A DNA stretch of 63,464 bases, the filler included, from Welwitschia mirabilis (lineage: Eukaryota): assembly GCA_051453625.1 (NCBI GenBank). It is 4 parts of one record of this genome, joined end to end, with 100 filler letters (N's around TTAATTAATTAA, not from the genome) between each part and the next. Parts side by side here need not be neighbours in the genome. Positions count along the whole stretch, not along the records: positions 1 to 28,802 come from JBOZIK010000001.1; 3 more parts are not named here. The stretch is one strand, 5' to 3'. The notes beneath the pieces were generated by a model. The model did no database searches and had not been told where the DNA came from. It worked only from the letters and a program-made list of their open reading frames with translations. Below, one piece after another: positions 14,540 through 25,220 of the stretch (position 1 is the first letter of the stretch; each line of letters opens with the position of its first letter). Both the position numbers and the translations under genes were made by a program.

Positions 14540-15075
14540 TACTATTATTGTGCATTATGATAAAATCATATCAAAATTTAATGAACATGGAAAATTGTAG
14601 AAAATTGGAGAAATGATTTATAGTAATCCCAAGATAAATTCAACAAAAAAAGACCTTAATGTTTGATTTTAATAATGTTCATATCACTACTAAGGAATAT
14701 ATTAAGGAAATCATCATAGATAAATGAGAAATCAACCTTGAAGACTATCATTTTATATTCAAATAAATAGTTTCTAAAAGTTACTTATGAAAATTGAATA
14801 TATTTGAAAATATATTTAAAAAATATGTAAACACTTTCTATGCCATTACTTAAGATGTGCCCCATCAATTTTTCCTCCTTACTTTTCTCTTGTTCCTTTT
14901 CTTAGTTTTTCTAGCTCTGTGGATTCAAATATGTCTCATTAGTTTTTCCTCCTTAATTTCCTCTTTTTTCCTCCTTCTTGACATCCATTATTCTTTCTCT
15001 CTTATTTCCATTCCTAGTTTTTGATATTAAACTTTGTATTTAACAACTAATTCATGTTACATGTAAATAATTGTT
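14540..15075 (+). mobile_element. 3' end of the same LINE-derived family as 23511-25220
   Basis: 14660-15070 aligns with 24750-25200 (..ctactaa.aa.atattaagg.aatcatca.. and ..catcaatttt..ct..ct.. motifs). Confidence 0.6.
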
Positions 15076-15099
15076 TCTTTTCTTTTTTTTGTTTTTTTG

Positions 15100-15900
15100 G
15101 TTGAAGAAATTTTTTTAGAAATAAATCCACAACCAAAAAGTCATAGGAATACTATTCTTTCATTAAAAAATAAAAACAAAGAAAAAGAGGGAAAAAATAG
15201 AAAACCTAATCTAAAAAAGGATTCCAAAAGAAAAGAGCTAGAAGAAAGATAGTCATATGAAAGGAATTCATGAGAAGAAGACATTTTATTTAGGAAAAAT
15301 ACTAGCTCTGATTCAAATGTTATAATATAAAATTAAACTTCATTTATTTTTTACAAAAATCTAGAAGTAATTTTAACTATTCATAAAATTATTTTTAGAA
15401 AAGGTATACTTTTTAAAAATATTAAACCATGTGAAGAGAAATATTCATAGAAAAAGAATAAGGACAGCTTAGTTACTAAAGAAAATGAAGATGGAATATT
15501 TCTAAATGTTTAATAAAAGAAATAAATGAAAATATTTTCAACTAAATAATAGACATAGAATCAAAAAATAAAAATTAAAATCATGATTTTTTTTGGTTTC
15601 TTTAAAGATAATGAATCCTTAAAAAATTCTCTTATTAAGTTATCCTTGTTTTAGTATCCTAGTCTTTCTACTAATCATTATTAACAAGTAAATATAGGAT
15701 GTTTAAAGGATAAAATAAAATCAAGAAAAGACTACTAATCTCTTTCTAAAATTTTTTATGAAAAATTTCAATTGAAAAATGAAATGAAAGAAAAGATTAT
15801 TAGCTATGAGTAGAAGTAAAAGAAAATAACATAAAACATAAAATGAGTCATATCTTTATTCTAAATGAAAATTTTTATTTGAAACTTACTATAATCCTTA
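15100..15900 (-). mobile_element. Degraded L1-type LINE 3' end (zf-RVT-like region)
   Basis: Weak minus-strand C-L....EN..HLF pattern at ~15510-15560; heavily decayed; boundaries approximate. Confidence 0.35.
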
Positions 15901-15949
15901 AGAATGAACACTATTAAAATGTGATACTCTAACATCTTTGTTTAGCTAT

Positions 15950-18900
15950 AAAACCAAATGCTTAGCTTTAACAAAGAATATAATTCTTAATAATGATTTC
16001 TCAAAATTTGTTTTTCTTTTTTTGAATCATTTAGCAAATTAGATAGCTTTTGGTTATTCTAACTTCCTTTGTGTAATGTAATAAATATTTGTAATAAGTA
16101 CTTTAGTATTGATTATATGTTTGATAAGGAAAATCATCTCTAGAGAAATAAAATAACCTTGAAACTTTTTATATCAAAATATTTTAAGATTTTTTTAATT
16201 CTATTTTGATTGGAGGTTATTTCAATGCTATTCTTCATTATCAAAGAAAGAAAAAAGAAAAAAAAAAGAAAAAGAATGGAAACTGTTGGTTTTTTAAAAT
16301 AAGACATATTTCAAAAAACTGTAAATAATTATTTTTAATGGAAATTCCAATGAAAACTACTTATTCTTAGAGAACTAAAAAATTTAGTTCAAAGTTAATT
16401 ATTCAAAAGCTAGATAGACTCCTTATGAATGTTTCCTAGAATTTAACTTTCTAAGACTAGTAGAGTAAAACTATTATTCATATTAATTTTCATGATTAAT
16501 TCTTATTCAAACTCACACTAATAAAAATAAGTGTTAATTTCTCATATGCATTAATGATTAATTTTCATTTCTTGATTTGAAAGTAAAACCTTTAATAATG
16601 GTGGAAGATGAATGTTGTAATACCAAATTGTATGTATTTAAGAGGGTAATTTGAGTAGTTTTCTAGGACATTTAGACAACTTTAAGTGGAGTTTTGATAA
16701 TAATAAAGAGTCAATATGATAATCACAGAACTGTATGATCTTTGTCATATTTAACAACATTTTAGGAAAAATCTAATACTTCACATTCTGAAGAGAAGCT
16801 CGATAATCAAAGAGGCTAATTTTATGTGAACAAAAAACTTAAGAAGCCATCGTTCACTTCATTGTTTGAATAATAGTACAGATGACATATGTAACTCAAC
16901 TAAAGATGAAGCTAATGTGGCACTTTTCCTAATATAGCATCATCCCCTCCATCATCTGGATGACTGTCTGGATGACCATCTAACTTTGTAACTAACATAC
17001 CAAGCTTCACCTAACTTTTACAAAGTTTCATGCACCTCCTATGTATTGCTAGGATTTATGTTACATCTATAAGATTTTCTATTTTATGTAAACAATAAAA
17101 CATTCTTGCTCTTACTTTATTAATCTATCTTCTTTAACACCGTCAAGTCTTATGATAGGAGCGAAGGGTAGGAAATCCATCCATTATTACTTAGAGAAGT
17201 CTTCCTAGGTATTGGGTTGTGTCTCCTTAATTGAGGTGCTACTACTTTATAACAAGATGTTGATTCAACATTAATGAAATAGTTTTCTTTTAATTTCTTC
17301 ATGTGCATCTCCCTTATGATTTATGTTGGTTATGATTTCGTGACAGCTTTAAAATTAATATAGGTCATAAGGGAAACCTTTGTTAAGGTTGAACTAATTA
17401 GTTAATAGTTGAATTTATTTTGTTTTGCATTTCATAGCATAATATTTGTATGTTTTCTAGATTTTGTTCTATTCGACGTACCTAATAACTTATGTTGGTT
17501 AGGAATCAATGACAATTTTCCTTGATTGACCTAGGTTATACAAGGCCGATCTTTGTGATGGGAAGATTTGATAGTCAGATAGATATTTCACTTAGAATAA
17601 TTTTCATTTGCATTTCATTGCATTAGTCTGTTTACTTTGCATTGTTTTCTTGCATTGTTCTTTATTTTCATCTATTTAATTAAAAAATAAAGTAATATTT
17701 CATTTGAAATCAATTCGTTTTCTTCTTATCTAGTGCCTTCAACAGATTATAACATTTGGATTGAATCCCATCAATACTAGTGTGCATTTTATGAAAACAT
17801 TTGTGATTGATAGGTTTTACTTAAGGATGTGAAGAATGAATAAATACACATCACAACAATGAAAGCTAATGAAACAAAGAAATTTTGATTACAATAAACA
17901 TTAATTAATGTTAAAATCTTAGTATAGACTTTATATGTTAAGATGAAAAGGTAATAAAATAATTACCTTTATCAAATTTAATAATATTAATAAGAGATTC
18001 AAAAAGATTGGTGAATGAATGATTTAAATAATTAAGGAAGAAAATTACTTTTGAATATTTATCTTTTATAAAAGTGAAAGTGATGTTACTAATTCCAAAA
18101 GGTAAAACTTTAATGGACCTAAGAAGTGATGGAAATTCTTTTTTTAAATGTATATTCTACCCAAAAAAAATACTAATTTGATATTTTATCTTAAGTGTGA
18201 AAAAAATAGCATGTTAATGGTAATGATAATATGGGGGAAATTATTATATAATATTACAATAATTTGTTATAGAGTATGCTAAAAAGATTATTTTATTTGT
18301 AAATAGATGTTTAGAAAATGTTAAATTATAGTTTCTTTTAAAAAAACCCTATTATGAAAGAGAATTAGAAAGATTTATTTAAAATGAAGCATAATAACTA
18401 TTTATGTATAGAGATTTTTCCCATTGATTTTTTTCAAAACTATGAAATTTTAGCTACCTCTTTAGAGTTTTAGAGTTTAGGATGAATTTTGAAGGTTTTT
18501 TTCTTCTACTTGGATGAATTTGATTCCATGTAAAACAAATGCTTATAATATATTGAGTTTTAGACCGATAATTTTATGTAATGTTCTTTATAAAATAATA
18601 TTCAAAGTCCTTGAAAAAGATTGAAAATTGTTCTTCTGGTTTTGATTTTAATTTTGGAAGAAGTATTTCTAAAGAAAATACATATTTTAGATTAAATAAT
18701 TTTGAAATAAGAGATAATCCATTTGACTAGTAAATAGAAAAGGCCTAATATGACATTTAAATTTAATATGAGTAAAGCATATGATAGAATAAATTAGTAT
18801 TTTTTTCAAAGTAGTAACTGAAAAAATTGGATATTATTGAATGATGTTAGAAAGTATTAAAGGCTTATTATATCTTTTCATATCTTTCTATTAAATTAAA

Positions 18901-20560
18901 AGGTGTTTTACATAGGTATTTTAATAGTAAAAATATATTCAAGAAACTGATATCTTATCATTAATACTTTTCTTTTTTACTATTGAAGTTTTAAAAGTAA
19001 TAATTGATAATGCTTTAAGAGATAAATCTTTAATACATAATAAATTTGTAGAATGTATTTCTAATTTACCTTATGTTCAGTATGTGGAAGATACTCTATA
19101 TTTTATATAGAATAAAAAAAAGGACTTTGAAAGTTTTTAAGATATTTTAAAAGTCTTTTTGGAACTTTTGGTTTAAGTATTAATCTTTAAAAAAGTGTGG
19201 GTTATACTTTTAACATGGATTGGGGACATATTAAAGAAGTGTAAGGAACCCTAAACTGTATAATTAATAACTTACCTAAAAACTGCCTAGGTATTTCTCT
19301 TTGTATAAGATGAGTGAATAAAAAATTCTAAAGCAATATTCTTGAGAACATGGCAAAAATATTAATAAGATAGAAATATAAGTTTCTTTCTTTGGTAGGA
19401 AGAGCTTAAGCCATTCAATGTTTTCTTCTATCCTTACAAATTCATTTAATTTCTTCTCCCTGGACTCTAAAAGCTGTGAACCACATGGCAAAGCTGAAAA
19501 GAAATTCTTTATTGAAAAGCAGTAATGGTGAGAAGTGTATTGATTTAAAAAATTAGATTTCTTTATGAAAAGCTAGAAAGAATTTTTTGTTTTTTGTGGA
19601 GAAAGAAATAATGGTGAGAACATATTGATGTAAGAAGTTAAGATTCTATGTGTAAATCATGGAATAAAGGTAGTTTTGATTAAGAGGAATTTATGACTTA
19701 AGTTTCTTTCTTTTAGCTAAAATAGTTTGGTGATTACATACAAAGAATAGGAAATGGATTAAGTGTTAAATCCTAAATATTTAAATCATTTTAAAAATTT
19801 CTTTGAATCTCCACATATTACTCAACCTATAATTTGAAATGGTTTGGAAAAATTAAGAGATTATTTAAAGATTTGTATAGAATTAGATAATTGTGAAAAT
19901 TGGAAATGGAAATGTAAAGATGATTTCAAACCTTTAGAAATTCATGATTCTCTTTGAAGTAACTGTCTAGACAAGAAAGCAATTAGATGGGGAAAAAATG
20001 TAATTACCCAAAGCTATGGCTTTTTCTTTGTTTCTTTCCTTCCTTTCTTTCTTTCTTTTTTTTACTTTTATTTACTCTAATATGATTGGATAAATTAACT
20101 TTTCTAAAGAATTTTTGAAAATTTGGTTCGGTAATTACAATTGCTGCTACTTTTGCAAACCTAAAGAAGTATCCCTTAGACATTGTGTTTTTTAATTGTA
20201 CATGGATAAAAACAAGTTTGTAATCTCATTTTTTTAAATGACAAAGTTGCATATTGGTTCTTCCAAGTAATGTTGAGCACTATTGCTTTTTGTAACTTAA
20301 AGCTAGTTAGAGAAAATGAGTATTATATTCAATCTATTTACAATTTAATTGTTAATGAATGGAAGAAATGCTTGAAACTTCTAAAAGGAAATATATTTTA
20401 AAATGTATGTTATTATTAATGTTATTATTTGCATATTTCAATATTCTTGTACCTTCGCTCTTGGCTAGCCTTTCATGGTGAGGGATTTAGGTAACCAAGC
20501 CTTTATCATGTTAAGATGATCCCCACTTTCTTATTCCTCTAACCTTTAGAGTTACAAGTT
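15950..20560 (+). mobile_element. Degraded L1-type LINE ORF2 (endonuclease, RT, zf-RVT), split by a solo LTR
   Basis: Motif relics in the expected order: GGYFN (GDFN) ~16212, KLDRLL ~16407, SKAYDRI ~18771, D.LS..LF ~18948, VQYVEDT (QYADD) ~19075, GLSINL.KS ~19170, LGISL ~19288. Confidence 0.8.
16613..17858 (+). mobile_element. Solo LTR with perfect 5-bp TSD ATGAA
   Basis: Termini TGTTG...CAACA; ATGAA at 16608-16612 and at 17859-17863; homologous to 7083-8488; no internal retroelement coding sequence. Orientation is assumed. Confidence 0.9.
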
Positions 20561-21424
20561 TTTTCAAAACAAAGCCTTTAACTTTCTAAAAACATTTGGT
20601 AGAAAATTAGTTCCTTAAAAGAAAAGGGAAGAAATAACATAATTATCTTGTATCTAACACAACTACTGTTTTGAAATGCTAACATTTCTATTGTTAGTAA
20701 GTCTTAAAAAAGCTAAAGATTTAAGTATATATTTAATAAAATTAGACTTAAAAAGAGTTAAAGATTTAGTTATATTTTTTAATAATACTAAGATGATGGG
20801 ACTATGTCGACCAAGAAAAAGTTCATGTATTTGGAAGATTGCAAAGGAGAACTCTGTGAAAGGAAAGCTTGGTCAAAGGAAAACTCACACTCACAAGATG
20901 ATCTCTAACAAAATCTAAATGTAGTAATGTTTTCCCAAAAGAGTGAAATTGTTTTAATATAAGTTCATTTCTAAAGAAATGGCCATCCAGAAATGGATGC
21001 AGAGCCTAAATGGAAAAGTTGGCACCCAACCACTTTATTCACCAAATATATTCTATCTATATCAGTGACATTAGCAAAGGGATATCAAAGATAATGCTTG
21101 CAATCATGCTATGCAATTTAAAATTTNNNNNNNNNNNNNNNNNNNNNNNNNNNNNNNNNNNNNNNNNNNNNNNNNNNNNNNNNNNNNNNNNNNNNNNNNN
21201 NNNNNNNNNNNNNNNNNNNNNNNNNNATTAGCAAAGGGATATCAAAGATAATGCTTGAAATCATGCCATGCAATTTAAAATTTAAAAATCAAAGACAATA
21301 AAGTCAACCAGAATATTTTACATGGGCTTTTCGTATGCACCTAATCAAAGGCATGACTTGCTCTACCATCTGCAAAAGCAATCCAGAAAGAGGCCTCTTC
21401 AGAATTCAGTACCCCAACACATTC

Positions 21425-22372
21425 TTACACCCTATCTCCCTTTCCCCCTTTAATGAGAATTCCGAGGAAACTCAAGCAAACAGGAAGTGGAACAATAGAT
21501 CTTCTAACATTCTGCAACTCGTTGACAACTTCATTCATGGAAGGTCTTCTCTGCAGCTCACTGCTAACACAGAGGGTGGCCAAAACAGCCATTCTCTTGA
21601 TCCCCAAAAGCTCTTTTCTTCTGGGAGACCCAATCCTTGAATCACAGAGCAAATGAAACTTTTTCTGCTGAATGAGAGGCAGAGCCCAGTCAACAATGGA
21701 GATAGGAGAATGATCAACATCCATGGGCTTTCTTCCACTGATAACCTCCAGCAACAGTATACCAAAACTGAACACATCATTCTTAGGGCTCAGGCCACAA
21801 GGGCTGTCATATGTTGGGTCAAGATAGCCGAGGGTGCCTGCAGGAGGCGAATTGCAGTTAGGGTTTTGGGGGCTGAGAGCAAGTCCAAAGTCACCGAGCC
21901 TGGCATTCCATTTGCAGTCAATGAAAACATTTGAGGATTTGATGTCTCTGTGAATTACAGGCGGATTGGCTCCGTGCAGATCTCTTATGGCCTTGGCAAT
22001 TTGGACTGCAACATGCACCCTCTGCAACCATCCAATATTAGGGTTAAGGTTGGGTTTCCGTTGTGGACTGTGGAGAAGATCATGGAGGGTGCCATTGGCC
22101 ATGAATTCCACAACCAGAAGGGTTTCTTTGGAGTCTTCACGGTGGCCAATCCCCACAAGATTCACGACTCGTGGGCTCTGCAACTTTGACAGTATCTCAA
22201 TCTCCTTTTTCAGAAATGGGTCATCTGAATCCTTCTGCTTCTTCACTGCAACAAGTTTACCACCCTTCAGGACACCCTTGTAGACACATCCATGGCTTCC
22301 CTTTCCTTATATTCTTTCACAGCCAAAGCTCCTGGTGGCTTTCTCCAGCTGCTGGTATGAGAATATTAACAT
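21425..22372 (-). pseudogene. CRINKLY4-related receptor-like cytoplasmic Ser/Thr kinase (At3g51990/At1g28390-like) with one in-frame stop at 22307-22309 (pseudogene, null allele or sequencing error)
   Basis: Reads MLIFSYQQLEKATRSFGCERI*GKGSHGCVYKG..VAVKK..E..HRDIKSSN..DFG..PPAGTLGYLDP..DVFSFG..RRPSM. All kinase subdomains are present and the kinase domain has no intron. The ORF track starts at the GTG of AVKK only because of the TAA. Confidence 0.88.
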
Positions 22373-22560
22373 TTTCACTGAAAATTTGCAGGCCAGTAGA
22401 GTTCTCGGTGGAGTTAAAACCTAAAAATGGTCTCTCCTTTTTCTTTATTTTCTTTCAGAAATATTGTAAAGAAGTTTGAAGTAAACGAAAAATTCACTCT
22501 ATTTGTATGGAAACATGACCATCTTTGTTACAGTCCCTCGCAACTGAGCTTCAAACTCAC

Positions 22561-22635
22561 CTTTCTGCGCATCCATGCCTTCAGATTTGAGTTTTTGGAG
22601 CCCCCTCTTCTACACAGAGATACAGGATTCTTCAT
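22561..22635 (-). CDS. Possible upstream first exon of the kinase (MKNPVSLCRRGGSKNSNLKAWMRRK)
   Basis: ATG-started 75-nt open segment ending AAG|GTGAGT. A 140-nt intron to TTTTTAG at 22421 would join in frame to VLTPPRTLLACKFSVKMLIF. The acceptor has a weak pyrimidine tract. Confidence 0.35.
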
Positions 22636-23510
22636 TGACAGAAACAAAAATGTGTCCTATTGCAATTTTAGAGAAAAGCATCAATGCAATTAATCAGAGA
22701 AAACATTCAAAACCAAAGATCAATATATGATTATATAAGAGTTCAGTTGCAGTCAAGAAAACAGAAACCTTCGCAATTTAAATTCTGGGTTTGAATAAGA
22801 AACCCATGTGAGTTGCAGTCTCATCATAATGATCATCAAAAGTGGAATGGAATATGTGCCGTTTTCAGAGATCTGTTGATAAGTTGTTTGCAGGGTTTCT
22901 TGTGATTTCTTATATGACTGAAACAACTCCTTTGCTTTCTTGTACCAAATACTATGTCTCTTGATCGTTAATGGTTTCGTGAGCAAGACGAAACCAGAAG
23001 CACTATGCCATTTCTTATCATTCCCAAATGTTTAAAGTTCAAACAGAATATTCAACCGCCTGAATCTTCTTCACTATAAAAATATGGACATACTCTGGAT
23101 GGGCCAGATAACAGGTTGTCTTCAACTTGGGGGTTTAATAAGAGATTTGACTACTTGCGTGGAATGGGATGTTATGGTTTATCGTTGTCCATATTTGGAC
23201 TTGTGGATCTTTGTTTGTTTTTTATCCCTTCTTCTGGACAAGACTTGTAAATGTTAGTTTCTTTTTTACGACTATGGAATCCCAATATCACATGGAAGCA
23301 CTAGTCGTAGGTCCCTTATCTTGAATGATGAATATTAGTTAAAAGAAAGATTTGAGATGTCAGTGTATTATAAGAGAAAGATTCAATGTATTTTCTAAAT
23401 TCTTTAAAATTAAATTTAATATTAAAGTATAAAACTAAAATTCATATCTCATTGACGATTTCTTGATTAAGAGTTTTCAAATTATGATCGGCGATTTGAG
23501 TAGACTTTAG

Positions 23511-25220
23511 ATGAGCACACCACAATTGTGCTCGAATGATAAGTTAAGTGAAACCAAAATGGATGACTTCCAAGTGAATACAATGATGGATTTGGGTTTT
23601 AGTATTAGTGTAGATGGAGACTTTCTCTTTGATACTATGACCAAAGAAATTTCCCAATGTATAAAGAAGTGTTATGCCTTAAGCCTTATTAGGAAATTTC
23701 TCTAATCTACTAGAAGACCATTTTTAGATAAAATGTGAAGATGGTGTGACAAAAACTTTCCAGCATAGGAGCATTTCGAGGTCATTGCCCTTCATAATGG
23801 ATTTTTAGATTTTATCTTTTCAAATATTAAGGATATGCTAGCAGTACTTCTTGGCATTTATTTTTCTCTTTTTACCTTCTTTTTTCTTTCTTTCTTTTTC
23901 TCTTTTCTTTCTTTTTCTTTTTCTTTTTTTGGAGAAGGGGATTGTCTCTTACACAATAGAAGCCTTTTATTCTTGATAGAAAGAATGTATTTGAATAAAT
24001 GTCTTATTGGGTTTGAATCTTGAATTCTGCCCCTGAGATTTGAAGTCAAAGCTTGTCCAAACAAATTGCTATTGAATTAGGAAGATTCATCAAATTCGAT
24101 AAACCAAGAGAAACTAAAACAAAAAGGACTACAATTCACTTGTGCGTTTTTATTAACTATCAAAATTTTTAGTTCAAGACATTACACTTAGAGAACAAAT
24201 GGGGAGAATTGACTTTTAAACTTGAGTTTGAAAATGTTCTTGTTCCTTGTATTCATTATGAATTGGAAGTATATTCTTTAAATGCTTGCAAATCGATTTG
24301 AAAAATTTCTTATAACAAGAAACCTCCTACCTTGAGTGAAAATTGGCTACAACCACATACAAAAATACTAGGAAAATGAATTGACCAAAATGGACTTTGA
24401 TAGTTAAGAACTTTGGAATTAAAAACATTTTGAAAGTCTCTCTATAGAATTTAGAAGAGAAGAAAATCAACATGAAGAGGGTAATGGGGAAAAAAATGAT
24501 AATGACAAGTACAATAATGGCATTGAAAAAGAACCTAAAGACAATGTGAATAGGTCTGAAAATGATGAAGATAAACCTAATGAGTGCATAGCTACTATGC
24601 CTAAAAATAATGAGTGCATCAAAACAATGCTTGATGATGAATGCATGTCAAAATTTAATGATGATGAAGAAATTCTAGAACAATGAAGAAAGAAAGTATG
24701 GAAGGAACTGAATCCCTAGTACAATTTAATCAAAAAAGGCCTTAGTGTTTGGTTTGATAAATTATTTAATCCTACTAAAAAAGATATTAAGGGAATCATC
24801 AAGGATGAAAGAGAAATTAATCTTAAAAAATATTATATTATATCTAAACAACAAGTGTCTTAAATACTTATCTACAAAATATGGATATGTTTGAAAAGAG
24901 ATTTATAAAAATCTATAAATATTTTTATCTTTCTGATGCCACTAACCAAGGTACGCCTCATCAATTTTATCTTCTTGCATTTCTCTTATTCCCCCTTTTG
25001 TCTTTTTATGTTAGATTTTGTATCTAACAATTGAGTACTAATATTACCTACATGTTACATGTAACTTTTCTAATTTCACTAATTGAAGTATGCATCATTA
25101 CCTTTATCTTACTACTTTGCTCTTGTTCCCTTTCCTGCCTTTGGTATTAGACTTGTGTTTTTAATTGTTTATTGATGTTATTTTCATGTTATATATAAAT
25201 TACCAGTTTTAAAAAGGTAA
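23511..25220 (+). mobile_element. LINE-derived element with L1 ORF1 (DUF4283-like and zinc-knuckle-like relics), acidic stretch and 3' tail, but no ORF2
   Basis: LSLIRKF...FEVIALHNGF...DMLAVL...WV*ILN...IAIELGRFIKFD...LEFENVLVPC pattern; D/E/N-rich 24480-24720; tail shared with 14660-15070; no N gap within the element. Confidence 0.6.

Noticed and set aside
5238..21283. Short direct repeats flanking 100-N gaps (5238/5418, 5733/5878, 8082/8266, 9164/9351, 21070/21227)
   Set aside because: Near-identical 45-90 bp contig ends on either side of fixed-length gaps; best explained as unmerged overlaps or haplotype differences.
21335..22693. Several overlapping plus-strand and alternate-frame ORFs over the kinase
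   Set aside because: Shadow ORFs of a GC-richer coding region; no recognisable motifs.
22753..22986. 77-aa ORF upstream of the kinase as a uORF or small gene
   Set aside because: Non-ATG start and no recognisable motif; cannot be supported from sequence alone.
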